Below are positions 17,723 through 31,044 of a stretch of DNA of 64,000 bases, one piece after another. Position 1 is the stretch's first letter. Every line of letters starts with the position of its first letter. Made by a program: the position numbers and the translations under genes. The stretch comes from Tubulanus polymorphus. Its lineage: Eukaryota > Animalia > Nemertea. Below the pieces are notes generated by a model. That model was not told where the DNA came from. It saw nothing but the letters and a program-made list of their open reading frames with translations, and made no database searches. Location: contig NC_134025.1 in NCBI RefSeq assembly GCF_964204645.1, forward strand, positions 1,798,001 to 1,862,000, read 5' to 3'.

Positions 17723-20618
17723 TATTCACTAGATTTTACAAACTGAAACCAGGACAGATAAAAAGTCAAAGACAACAGTGAACAGTCAACAGGTTGGTTT
17801 TGTTTTCAGTTTTGCTGACTGACACTGACAGTGAGTGATTGTTGTTGTTGTTTTTGTGACAATCCGGCAGTTCTCTCGTCCTCTCTCAGTCTCTGTCACG
17901 TGAGGACGTATCAGCAGTGGTGACAGTGACAACTTCATCAATTGACAACTTATCAAACAGCTTTTTGGATGAGATGAATACAAAACAATTACCTGATTAC
18001 AACAATTAGAACACCAATCGTTCCTTACTTATCTCAATCCGACATATTTTCATCATGTGACCGGTTTGATTGAATTGGCTTTCATGAAAACTATGGAAGC
18101 CCTGAGACGACATTGCCAGTTGCTAGTTGCCAGTTGCCAAATGCTTCATGTTTGCTAGCTTTGCTTGTTTGCTTGCTTGAGTTGTCTTCGAAAAGAAAGC
18201 AGGCTCAAATAAGTTTTTTCCCTTACCAATCTTATCCTTAAACAAGCATTTACATGTTAACGCCATTAAAATACTTTGGAAAAAACAGATACTTTTTAAG
18301 ACTGAAAACAAGAAACGAAATTCTTAATATGGACTTTCCTAGATTTAGATGATGATGTACCTTTTAATCCAGTCAAAATTAAAGAAAGACATTTGGGTGT
18401 TTCAAATAATGAGTGATAAGGGTTCAGCTGGGTACAGGCGCGTATTCAACCCGGCAGTGGATGCAGGACGTACGTCCATGATAGTCTGTACCTAATCATA
18501 GTACCTAGCGTCGTTCCACAAACAAAAAACAGTTGTAGGGAACCAGTAATTAGGACAGGTATTCAGACTCTAACGTACATGATAAACTCTGCTGGGTTAA
18601 CCAGGATACATACAAGAGAGGCAGCTAGAGATACAAAAACAAAGAAACTCCATCGACAATCTCCTTGCCTTAGAGGCCGCTGAGGAAACCACCAATTAAG
18701 CATTTAACATGCTAAGAATGCCTGGGTAGACAAATTCGATCGAACTGCATGCAAACCCAGATGGAATTTGGTCAACCTTCCGAACAATGACCAAACAACA
18801 TCCTAAGACGAAAGACCGCAGTCATCAAAAATCTTAATAATTAACAACCATAGGGCCCATAACATAGGGCTGACCGTACCTATAATAGTACGGGACTTTA
18901 GTTTGTGTTACGAGCGTGCGTGAATAGATTCAGTTGAACTGGCGTATAGTAAATTCCATGAGATAATACCCACCCACGATCATTCGACTGTGACCATGTG
19001 AATCTGAAAACACAATCGCGTCAATGTATTACGACATAGGCTACTGAATGAAACATAATGTGATTCATACCTTCCACAGCCAAATCTCCAATAGTTTACC
19101 ACCTAAATTGCAAACCAACCTCCTTGCAGAATGATCTTTCAGGATCGGTTTTGGTTTATTAATGAGAAATATTGTAACAGGCATACTTTCAATATTATGG
19201 AAACTAATGTTCAAAACATGTTTTTTTTAATCAGATGTATTTGCCTTTATCCATCGCTTCCTCGACGGATTTCTTCTCAAGATTCTGATAAAATGGCCAC
19301 CCTGTCCTTGATGTAGACTTAAGGTGCTCATTTTTATGGGACTGTTTGAGTTGGATGACTCCTGACGGTGAACAATCTACGCGCAGTGTCATTTGAACTT
19401 CTAGATATTCCCTGAGATGTTATACTCTCTCATTCGACCCGTAACCCTAAAATCTAGCAATTGAGATTTGGATATATTTGCCTAAATCTGTCCTCGTGGT
19501 GGCTTCAAGCCCCTTATCAGGCATCGGTTTTATTGGTTGTTGAATTTGAGCAGCCATAATTAAGTTAATTTGATATCCTGAACTATCGATATTTTCCTTT
19601 TCGATTTTGTTTACGTTGCTAATTCTTCTTTTCTCGTCAAGGCTTTTGTAGGTGGATAATTTAAGCCTACATGGGTAGGCCTAGTTAGTTGCTTATCTTT
19701 GGTGGTAAGCTTTTTTATAGTCGGATGGGCTTATGTGGTTTGTGAAAATATCCGACCGTGAAACTAAACCACAGTCAGGTTACTGACTGGTAGGCCTACC
19801 TTTCCTGCTTGCCTTACTTTTTTTTTACTTTTTCATTACCGGTGACGTAAAATTAACAGGCCCTGAGAGGATAACCTAATTTTTTCAAACATTTATTACC
19901 CAAGGAGTGTATCACTGCCATCTTTCAGTGGGCCAACGAGTTGTTGTTTGTGAAATCTGGATTCGAACATAATTTGTATTTTGAAGTTTTGAACTATCAA
20001 CTTTGACGTGGAGAAAGTTTTAAAAAATAGAACAATCTACTGTTCGGATAATTATCATTTAATTATCTAGCTCTACCGCTGAAAATGGATCCAATATGAT
20101 TTATAGTATTAGGATACCGGTACAAGACACGAACGACGTAAATTAAGCAAGATAAGTAAACTGTAGGCCTTATGAACAAATACGGGTAGAGTACATCGAT
20201 TAGTTTATGTATTCGCCACAGTATTTAGGGGCAGCACTAGACGATTGAGATTTGACAGAGCTGTGGCATGCGAGCAGGAAATTCATCCGCGATCCTTTTA
20301 TCTGACACTCACAATTAGATATTAGTCAATAACCCTAGGTCGTAAATCTAATTTGTATCTAAAATAAACATTAAAACATCAATCAAAACGGGTTTTCAAC
20401 TGACGTGGACTGAAAATCAATATCGTTCAATAAAATATCTACATTTATGTTTGCATTTGATACTGTAGACTGCGGAATTTCTCCACAATCGTTCAATCGA
20501 GTACTAGTCTTTGACACGATCAGATGGCGTTCTCTCGAGCTCTTCAGCTTTTGCTGTGTTTCCTGGCGATCTTGTGGCGCGGTGTTTTTCGGAGTGGTGG
20601 CGTGGCGCCGGTGGCGGT

Positions 20619-20692
20619 GGCGGTGGATGGAGTTATGTGTGCGGTGGATGGAGTTGTGTGCGCGGTGGATGGAGTTGTGTGCGCGGTGTGTG
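20619..20692. repeat. 21-bp GT-rich tandem repeat, ~3.5 copies
   Basis: GCGGTGGATGGAGTTGTGTGC units. Confidence 0.85.
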
Positions 20693-20826
20693 CAAGAGGA
20701 GTGAATGGAGTTTATATGTGTCGTATGAATGTGTGGTATATTTTATATCTTATTTTTTTCATTATTTTTATTATATTTGTTTTTTCATTTTTTTTTCTTT
20801 CATTTCATTCGCCCCCGCCCTCTCAA

Positions 20827-21449
20827 TCTCAGGGTTTCAACTGGCAGCGGCGGAGTCTGAGTTCACTAATGTGGCCTCTTACCAGCTAGTGCTGGAGTGC
20901 TGGTGATGCGGATGTTACTACGGGGGACCTACAATCAGAATAAGATGGGGGCGGTAGCAATCTTCGACTGAGGGGGCTGTTGGATCTTTAGGTCCCCAGT
21001 TTGGTCCATTCTAGTCTGAATCTGCTGGTTCATTGCCTAAGGCTACCCATTGGCATCTTGCTGATGGGCTCCCCGTTCACCCAGTTTTTCCTCTTGTCAT
21101 CTGGGTGTCGGTTGTCTTAGGTGGTGTGCTCAATTCTCAATTGGGTCCCCAGTTTGGTCCATTCTAGTCTGAATCGGCTGGTTTCTTCGCCTGAGGCTAC
21201 CCATTGGCATCTGGCCGATTGGGCTCCCCGTTCACCCAGTTTTTCTCTCTCATCTGGGTGCCGGTTGTCTTTGGTGTTGATGCTTGAAGATCGGATATCC
21301 CCCGAAGCCGAAGTTGTTCGTCGCTTCCCGTCTTACTCTGATTGCGGGTCCTCCGTAGTAACACCTGTGTCATCAGCACCCCGCCACTAGCTGGGACGAG
21401 GCCACGTTGGAGAACTCCGACTCTGCCGCTGCCAGTTGGAACCCTGAGA
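20827..21449 (+). ncRNA. Candidate long hairpin RNA: ~162-bp imperfect stem around a loop holding two ~140-nt direct repeats
   Basis: Arm 20827-20988 is the reverse complement of 21287-21449. Loop copies start at 20991 and 21144 (period 153). Mismatches are biased toward G:U on the + strand. The repeat is certain, but its RNA status is inferred. Confidence 0.5.
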
Positions 21450-23979
21450 ACTGGACTTTGCTGTTATCAGCCAGAAGTTCTGTGCTGACTTCTTTCTCTC
21501 AGGTTAGATCAAATATGATGTAAAGCCGTTAAAACTATGTATTACCAGCGTCTATATGGTTGTACTTCGATTTAAGCCGTGAAACTGTGTAAATTTTATT
21601 TTTCATCCAAGGTTTTTTTCCCCTTCCATCAAAATCTTTCCCAATTTTTCTTGTCGCAGCGGATAAAAACGTCTATTTTGTATTCGTGAACTCTGTAATC
21701 TCGAGCATCTTTTGTGTACTTCAAATACATCGTAAACTCTGTATCTTTGATTTCTGATTCAGATCCCTCATCCTGGCCTTTCATCTTTTTCATCATCCAC
21801 TATCAAAGTTAGATATAGTTGCAAATTCTGTCTTGTTAATTAATAATTATGTACTATTTAATTTCAGCTCATTTTAAGCAAACTTTGGGCAATAGTGGTA
21901 TATCAGGGGTTGATTTTTACTAATTCCAAAATACAGGTGTTTGATTCTCAGAAAAAAGCCTGGCATTAGGAGGGGCTACTGGTTATTTGGTGGTCATTTC
22001 TTACTAGCCTTAAGGCAAAAAAATACAGACATTCTGTTCTAAAAAAAACACTTATCGTGTGGGGAAGAGGTACATGGTTTGGCTGTATATGTACCTAACC
22101 CAGACACGAACGGAGCTGGCATAAATTTGTGACACAATAATAGTTAATACTACTGATGATAGGGGTGGTTATGGGATAATTAAAGCTTTCTCAAACCACA
22201 GTGGTCAGGCTCTGTCTGACAAACATTTTGACTTAATATATAATATGCTCTCTTCATCTTGTCATTTCGCTAACCAGAAGTCGAACTCCGATGGTGGGAA
22301 GTCTGGTGATACCAACATCCGTAATCCGACTCTGGGATTCAGTCCGATGGCACCATTGGACGTTCCAACAACATCATTACCTAGTCAACACGCGGGACAA
22401 ACAACTTAGAGGATGAATGAGGATATAACTAAGGTTAATTACTCATTAAGGTATTACTTAGATATCTACAATTAAGGTAAATTCAATGATGTGAAATTAT
22501 TTTGAATTCAAGTACATTGACATTTAAAATGTAGCTGATACATGTGTATCTGAGCACATTACTTATTTATCTGTATCTAAGTGAACCTATTGTGTCTTCA
22601 TACAGCTGTATTAGTTTTGATACATATTGCCAAAATCATTTAATGCAGATTTACTTCCGATCGAAGGGAGATAAAACAAATCTGTACGTGCACAAATACA
22701 TTCCTGAATTTGGGAGGGGAAATATTTCAATTTCACTGTGTATGTCAGATTGAGAGCCTTATTCTGACAGGATATCCTGAACTTAGGTCTTATTCCTCTT
22801 GCTAATAGCTCTCTTTTACTAACCCCTCTCCTTCAAACTATATTCCAGCATCATGTCTTGCACCGCACCAGGGAGGTCCGGTCATAACAAGGTCTTTTGA
22901 TCCTTATACACAGTGTACTGTAAAAGGGAAATAAAGATTATATTGCAATTCGGGTAAGGGAATTTCTAATTTACCACTAAAAATGTGATTTTATCTTAAG
23001 TTCTGATGAATTCAAATAGTGATGAATTCACCACATCTGAAATTCTACTCGTGTAGGTTTTCAGGCTCCATATAAATATTGTTCGACTGACAATTAATTG
23101 TGGCTAGTATGATTACTAATTAATGGATCGCTTAGATATCAGAAAATTAGTTAGAATTAATTCAATATAACGAATTTAAGTTTATTAAAAATAGCGCAGT
23201 GGATGAGACGACTGTATCGTGCAATGTTGTCTGCGTCTAACTGGGCCACATGTGTGTGGGATCTGTTGAATCAGTTAGATTTTGGGGAATTCTGGGTTCG
23301 TTATTAAGCTAGTTATACATCATAATCATAAGATCATTGTATATATTTTACCAGCAATATTTAAAATTACTGAAATGGATTAGAATACCATTCACTGGGC
23401 ACAGATGTCTGTGGGAAGAATACATATCTCTTAAAAGTTTATTAAGTGGCGATGAAGTTAATTTAATAATACGAACATTGTAAAGCTGGGAATCGAAATG
23501 TATATAGGGGCAATTTTACCAGCAGGTTTGAACTATATGATACTATTAATCAACTAGTCATAAAATGTACAAAATGATCTTCAACCTTGTAATATAGATA
23601 TTCTAAATCTCGATGTATTAAAATAGGCAGTACCCAATCAGACGCTTGCCGGTTCAGACTGGTTGGAAGATTAATTGAATGCACCGGAACCGAATTTCGC
23701 GTTATGTGCTTGTATTTCAAGAAAAGAAAATTTATGTAAAATGGACCGCCGATCACACAACTATATCTGTACTTCGATTTCCGATTTTGAAAAAACTTTA
23801 CACGGAGAAAGCAAAAGTAAAAAAGTAAAACTTAGACAAAATTATCTTAACCTTGTAAACTTTCGGACTATTTACATGAAAAGAAAAGCAAAGAAATGTA
23901 AAATTAGACAAAATTCAAACATTGTAAACTTTCGGACTATTTACACAGAAAAAACAACAAAAGATATGTAAAATTAGAC

Positions 23980-26830
23980 TACCAACTTAGGAGACCCTCG
24001 CCGATAATGAACCCGGCAATCATAAAAGGTAACTTAATATAGTTTAAATTATTGCGATAAATTCTAAATGAAATACTTTGTCATTACAGGATATCTTCTT
24101 TTAATCATTGCAGCTAAATTTCAACTATAAGAAAAAACCCAGCTTGAGATCAAACACTCGTCCAAAATCGACCAACTGGAACAGCGCACAGCCAACTAGA
24201 ATCAACCAACCAACTTAGATGATCCACGCCGATAACGAATCCAGCAATCATAAAAGGTAACTTAATATAGATGCAATTATTTCGATTCATTCTCAATGAA
24301 AAGTTTTGTGATTACACGATATCTTTGTTTACTCTTCAGCTGAATCCTATCTTCATCAAACTGCCCAGCTTGAGATCAACAACTCATCATATATCTACCG
24401 ATAAGAACAGCCCACAAAACAATCCAAGCTTAAATCAAAGGCATCAATGAACTTAGAACATTTTAACTGATACGGAACTCAGCAAACTTGAAATGTAAGT
24501 TGATATTTTATGGAAATGATAATGATGAATTCTAAATGAAATAATTTGTCATTACAGGCTATCTTCTTTTAATCATAGCAGCTAAATTGCAACTATAAGA
24601 AAAAACCCAGCTTGAGATCAACTACTCTTCCAAAATTGACCAACTGGAACAGCGCCATTTGCCAAATTTTTGTAGTCTCTCCTACTGTAAACAGAGGGCG
24701 CATGGGTCTGCTGGCATAGCCACTGACCTGTATTTACAGGATATCTTTGTTTACTCATTTTAAGCTAAATCCTATCTATATGAAACTGCCGCTCATGAGA
24801 TCAACAACTCGTTTAAAATCTGCCGATTAGAGAACAGCACTCAGAAGGGGCCAATTTGAATTGATCTCAACATCCACCAACCAACGTAGGAGATCCTCGC
24901 CGATAGCGAACAAAGCAATAATAAAAGGTAAGTTGATATACATGAAATTATCTTATATAATAATACCGAATTGTTGTACCGACTGCTCCGTCGTTACTGG
25001 ATGTTTTGCCCTGAAAATTTGCCCGATGGTAGATCTCGACGTCTTTTATCGCTTGGGCATGGTGGTTTCCACGGGCTTTCCACTAGTTACGATTAATTCT
25101 GAATGAAATATTTGTATTTACAGGATATCTTTGTTTACTCTTTCAGCTTTATCCTATCAATGAACCCGCGTTTGAGATCAACAACTCCTTAAAACTCTGC
25201 CGATTAGAGAACAGCGCACAGAAGAGGCATTTAATTACCAAAATCTATGCACCGGTCCACATTGCTGATGTGATATATATCCGGCCATCATTAGTCTTAA
25301 ACAGTGATGAACTAATGCTACTACTACAACAAATAATTAGGCAGTTGGGGTTCGAAACAAATGTCCGAACACACCGAGGATCCAAGCCAATACTGAAACC
25401 AGCAATCGTTAAAGGTAAGTTGATTGACATGGAAATTATGATCAATGCTATATAAAGAATTATGTGAATACAGGATATTTTCATTTCAGTAAAATCTCAT
25501 CTATAGAAATAGGCCATCCTAAGATTAACTACTCAAAAATCTACTGATTAGAAAAGCCAACGGAAGATTCTAACTTGAATTGAACTCATCAACTACCACA
25601 GAAGAGTGCAATCATGAACAGACTACCTAACCGACACTAAACTCAGTTATCACAAATCACATCTATAAGAAAAAGCCCATACTAAGATCAACTAACCTTC
25701 TAGAATCTACTGATTGGAACAGTCGACAGAAGTATGCAACTTGAACTTAGAACTCAACCAACTCCAACTCCTAGCCGACACTAACCCGTTATCTTGAAAG
25801 GTAAATTGATTTACATGGAATTTATAATGATTAATGCTCTATGAAGAATTGTGTATATTGTAAGATATTGTATAATTACAGGATATCTTTTATTCATTTC
25901 AGCTAAATTACATCTATAAGAATATGCCTAAGATTAACTAGTCAAAAATCTACTGATTCGAATAGCCAACAGAATATTCCAACTTGAATTGAATTCATCA
26001 ACTACCACAGAACGAATTTAACTCATGAACCGACTTAGACGATCCTAGCCGATACTAAACTCAGCAATTTTGAAAGGTAAGTTGATTCACATGGAATCTA
26101 TTAACATTAATGCTATATGAAATATTGTGTGAATACAGGATATCTCCTTTTGTGCATTTCAGCTAAATCACATCTATAAGAAAAAGCCCATACTAAGATC
26201 AACTAACCATCTAGAATCTACTGATTAGAACAGACAACAGAAGAATGCACTGAATATTATAATTGAATTTTACTAATCAACCAACTTAGAACACCTAGCC
26301 GACACTTAATCCAGTTATCTTGAAAGGTAAGTTGATTTACATGGAATTTATTATGGTTAATGCTATATGAAAAATTGTGTATATTGTAAGATATTGTATA
26401 ATTACAGGATATCTTCTTTTATTCATTTCAGCTAAATTACATCTATAAGATCTCTGCTCAGCCTAAGAGTGATTAGTGAAAAATATACTGATTCGAATAG
26501 CTAACAGAATATTCCAACTTGAATCATCATCAACTACCTCAGAACGAATTTAACTCATGAACCGACTTAGACAATCCTAGCCGATACTAAACTCAGCAAT
26601 TTTGAAAGGTAAGTTGATTCACATGGAATCTTTTATCATTAATGCTATATGAAATATTGTGTGAATGCAGGATATCTCCTTTTGTGCATTTCAGCTAAAT
26701 CACATCTATAAGAAAAAGCCCATACTAAGGTCAACTAACCATCTAGAATCTACTGATTAGAACAGACAACAGAAGATTCCAACTTGAATTGAAATCATCA
26801 ACTACCACAGAAGAGTCCTACTTGATTTCA
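23980..26830 (+). repeat. Diverged tandem array of ~230-280-bp units, each containing a GT-AG mini-intron
   Basis: Recurring AAAG|GTAA(G/C)TT ... TTACAGGATATCT ... TTTCAG|CTAAAT. Donors at ~24029, 24257, 24495, 24928, 25415, 25801, 26077, 26327 and 26609. Confidence 0.8.
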
Positions 26831-26910
26831 ACTGCATAGGCCTAGAAGTCCAGATGAGAAATTCAGCCAGCAGCGGTTTATCGCCCAATGACAGATTTCT
26901 TCTACAGGTG

Positions 26911-27037
26911 GAGCAGAGACAATGCGTGTGTTATAATCACTTATTCAAGAGCAGCACAGACAATGCGTATCTCATAAACACTTATTCAGGAGCAGCACAG
27001 ACAATGCGTACCTTATAAACACTTGTTCATGAGCAGC
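26911..27037. repeat. 39-bp tandem repeat, ~3 copies
   Basis: GAGCAGCACAGACAATGCGTA...ACACTTATTCA units. Confidence 0.85.
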
Positions 27038-30000
27038 AACATCAGTAGAATATGTAAAGTATTGATTTATTTTGTGTATTACCTTTTTACAAACTAGTCT
27101 GATGTGTAACATGGGTTTCAAAATGCGTCTTAAAATTCACTGTCTATTTGAAGAGACGGAAATAAAGAAATAGTTTTAATGTTGATTAATGAAAATTGAA
27201 GATAGATAATTAGGGCTCTGGGCCTGAGAAGGAACTATTCATATTTGAATATTTCAATAAAATGGCATCCTAATTCTTTCATATTGATTAGGCAAACTGT
27301 TTTCGATTTGTAAACAGATGTGTCATGTCCTTTGTAATGTGACAGAAAGTTCCTTCTTGGAGTCTCATGAAATCTTCACTCCATTAATTGATGGTATTGA
27401 TCGCGTTCAGCGTCACGGTTCGACGTAGGTCCGTTGAAATGTACCTAAATTGAGATATGATATCAACAGGATAGTTCAGATAATCTTCATACTTAGTTAA
27501 ACATAGCTTTGCATCATTTGTAAAAGTGACATAGTTTGGTTTCTTAGAAACCTTGATTCATTTTATATTTCCTAAGAATGAAAATGATTTGCATAGCCTA
27601 AATGTTCAAAGGTAGGAGAGGGGTAGTCAGTTAAACGGTTGCAACTTTTAAATGTAATAAAGGAAGTTGATACCTGATTAGTTTGGACTCCTAAACTCGC
27701 CCAGCAAGTTTATGGGCTTTGAATAAAGATGTTTTGAAAATGATTCCGTGGCCAAAAAGTGGGATCAATATAAACTGGCTACGCCCTTGAATATCATCAC
27801 GTAGTCATCATATCATCACATAGACTATAATGTTTGGCAGTGTTCTGTGTACAAATAATAAGTTTATATACCAAAGTGTTGATGTATTTTTTGATACCAT
27901 AATTTTTTCGAAGGCCTATGAAAGCGATTTGACTAATGAGTAGAATATCTCGATTTTCACATTGAGCTCCCATGTGGATGATCATAGCTAGGTATATGAA
28001 AACTTGTATCTTAGTACATTGTATCCACAGAGGTATAAGAGAGGTATAGCTAGGAATAATGTGATATAAAGGAATAAATGATAATGGCCAGCAATAATTT
28101 TGATCGTTTTAATTCTGTTTATAGCTGTTTTAACTTCTTTCATCGTCATCCATATCATAAGGTTGAGTGGCTTTCAATGATCGCTTAACTCCAAATCGGG
28201 GTGTTTAATGATAAACGATTATTTAGGTGCAGCAGTGAATTTGTAGCACTTTTTTAAAGTGAGCCCATATTTCCACCGGTAAGAAATTCCCGATGATGTA
28301 AATAGTAAAAAATTGTACAAAATACATAGAACATAATCAAAGAAGTAAATAAATAAAAAAAACAATGAATAAAAAATACATAACAAAATAAATATTAAAA
28401 AAAAAAACAAATCATAACTAATAAAAAAATAAACAAAAACGAACAAACAATTAGTTAACTTCCATGATTATACTTACTTAAAATCATAATAAAAAAATAA
28501 ACAAAAACGAACAAACAATTAGTTAACTTCTATAATTATAGGGCCTTCATCATCAGGAATTTTTTTTGAATAACTTAATCTAATCATTAAAGGTTGTTCT
28601 TCACATGGAACAACCTTCTCTAGAGTTTCCCAACCTCTTGAGATCATTTCTGTTGTTGTTTTAAGCATTCTATCGGACAGTTAGTAATAAACAAAACAAA
28701 TAACCATAAACCTTAACTAAACCAAACACACTAAAAAAATATCTGTTTCGATAGAATGCTTCAAATAACTGATGAAAGATCACCCGCCCTTTTACCTATA
28801 GCACACCCTGTCACTGCTGTTACTGTTGATCGTTTTAGGGATAATATCTGGGAGATTTTACATTTTACTTTATTTCAGAAAGAATGTTAAACAGCTATAA
28901 ATGTGATTAGTTATCGATAGTAAAATTATTGTCATATTTTCAAATAACTTTGTATTAAATGTATCAAATGTACGAACTGATAATGTTTGAAAATCTTAAG
29001 TTAAGACGAGGGACAGCGGAAGCGCGACATTGTAGGTTTTGTCTCTTGTTTAAATGCTTTTATGTTGAACTGTTATTAAAATACAGTCCATTTGTTAACA
29101 AGGTACTTAGATGATAATTCCTCGAGTAAATACCTATCATTTAGCAAGGTGTAATTTTTGTCATGAGAATAAAACGACACATACGTGTTCATTATTCATC
29201 TTAAAATTTTTTGGCTGTTTAGTTAGGTTTATAGCAACCATCAAACTGAGGTTTTATCGAATATAGAGGAGCATTCTTTTCTATAAATAAGGAAATATGA
29301 ACAGTGTTGATTAGTAAATTGTCCTAGCTATGTTTTGATAGCTATTGTCGGTTTTACAATATATGGGGCCCGATTCAAATCTGCACGCGATGCATTCCCG
29401 ATCTTGAAAAGTTATCGAATTCAGTTTAATTGTAGATATCTCAGTGATCTGTTATTTGTAATTTACCTAGATATATGGATAGATGAAATATGATGATACT
29501 CAATATATCTTAATTAAAAAACCTTCAAAATACTTTGCATTAAACGTAACAATGTTGAGAAAATAACATTGATAATGTTCGAAAACCTCAGGCAAGGTTG
29601 GCAAAACTCTAGCTATCTTACTTAAAACTCTAGTTATCTTGTAAAATAATGTTAATGGAAATGAAAAAATAAAGATTGATTAGTTAATCTCAAGCTTTCA
29701 AGATTGAATCTGTAGGTTTTATTAGTTTTAATGCTTTTATGTTGAACTGTTTTTCGAATACAGTTCACTCATTTGTTAACGAGTAACTTACAATTCCTCA
29801 AATACAAAGCAAAGTTTGCGAAATTTCGGTTTTCTTTTAAGAATAATGTTTAATGAAACGAAATTAGAGATTGATTATTTGAGAGAGCGAATTTGTGGAT
29901 TTATGGAGTTTTAATGTTTATATGTTGGAGATATGTTATGTAGTTCTTTGATGATTGATGATACATAAACAGAGTATCTTGAATATCTCTTACATTGTCA

Positions 30001-30303
30001 TTTGAAGAGTTGATATGATAAAATGCTTCATATTTCATGAAATAGCCAAATGTCACTTACGCCCAGTGATTTCATGAATGTCAAATTAATAGTCTTAGAC
30101 ATTCAGACTGGTCCCAATTGTCAGTGTTTTATGGATCAAAGTTTACAATTCTTTGTGTTATATTATTATTATCCTATTGATTCAAATTTTCTGAATCAGT
30201 TGTAGTCGAAATGTTTTTGGTGAATAAAAACCTTGAAATACCTTGCAGTAGCAATTGTGATGTTAAAGGCTAGTACGGTAATCTTATTTCTTGGATAAAA
30301 ATA

Positions 30304-30480
30304 AAGCTAAAAATGATACCTTGTTTTTCCTGATCGGCCAGCTGTCATTTTGTAAATAACAATGAAATTTGTATTCAGTTAATCTCTATAACTGCCGAAA
30401 ATGTTATGGTTAGCTTGATCATGATTTTAAAGTAATACCTATAAGGTAGATAGGCAGCTGGCCGGGTCAACTTTTAAGAG
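30304..30480. mobile_element. Degenerate, inverted copy of the MITE family at 7805-8024
   Basis: Shares GCTAAAAATGATACCTTGTTT and GGTAGATAGGCAGCTGGCCGGGTCAAC, which match the reverse complement of internal 7805-8024 sequence. Confidence 0.65.
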
Positions 30481-31044
30481 TAAAAATGTAAATCAGATTG
30501 ATTCAACATTAAATCTTACGCTTTCCAGGGTAATTGGCCAGGTTTACCTCTGGTTTTAGTGCGGGGAGCCATGGACTCTAACAGTTTAGAGACCATGGTT
30601 GTTGCCCATAGACATTTCCGTTTAGAGTCTATGGTTGGACCAGGGATGTATAAACTCTAGTTTATAGTTTATGCGTCCATGGTTGGACTGTTTTTGAAAT
30701 ACAGTCCACGTGTTTGAGGAACTTACGTTATAATTCCTCGAGCAAATACCTGGCATTTTGTATAATTATTGTATGATAATAAATATGTTTGTTTGAAATT
30801 CTTTATTTTATTCATTAAGTTAATAAACTATTCTGAACTTTGTTAGTTGACCAGTCAGTGGTTTTTTGCAATCCACCTCTTTTTTCAACCCAATATTTCC
30901 ACCAACATTGTCCGGAGACGAGGATGTGCGGAAAACATGATGATGCGATACCGCCAGGTGGCAGCACTGTACGGCAAGAGACGCGTCTTTCTTTGTTATA
31001 ATTTTCGCCGGTTTTATTTTCCATCTGTTTTACTCGTTTTAATA

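Noticed and set aside
20447-20906. Three overlapping + strand ORFs
   Set aside because: They arise from a 21-bp GT-rich repeat and a T-rich tract, and contain no recognisable domain.
20830-20960. Third-position-biased differences between hairpin arms in the frame SGFQLAAAESEF(T/S)NVAS, with a TGG/TGA exchange suggesting a TGA=Trp code
   Set aside because: The bias holds only for the first ~20 codons (about 10 of 21 differences overall). Both arms have stops, and the TGG/TGA change is equally explained by G:U wobble.
21340-21380. CTGATGA on the minus strand of the hairpin as a hammerhead core
   Set aside because: No GAAA follows the putative stem II.
27290-27820. Possible decayed spliced gene on the minus strand (..KLCLTK|YISTDLRRTVTLNA..)
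   Set aside because: One phase-compatible junction exists, but each exon has stops and no recognisable homology.
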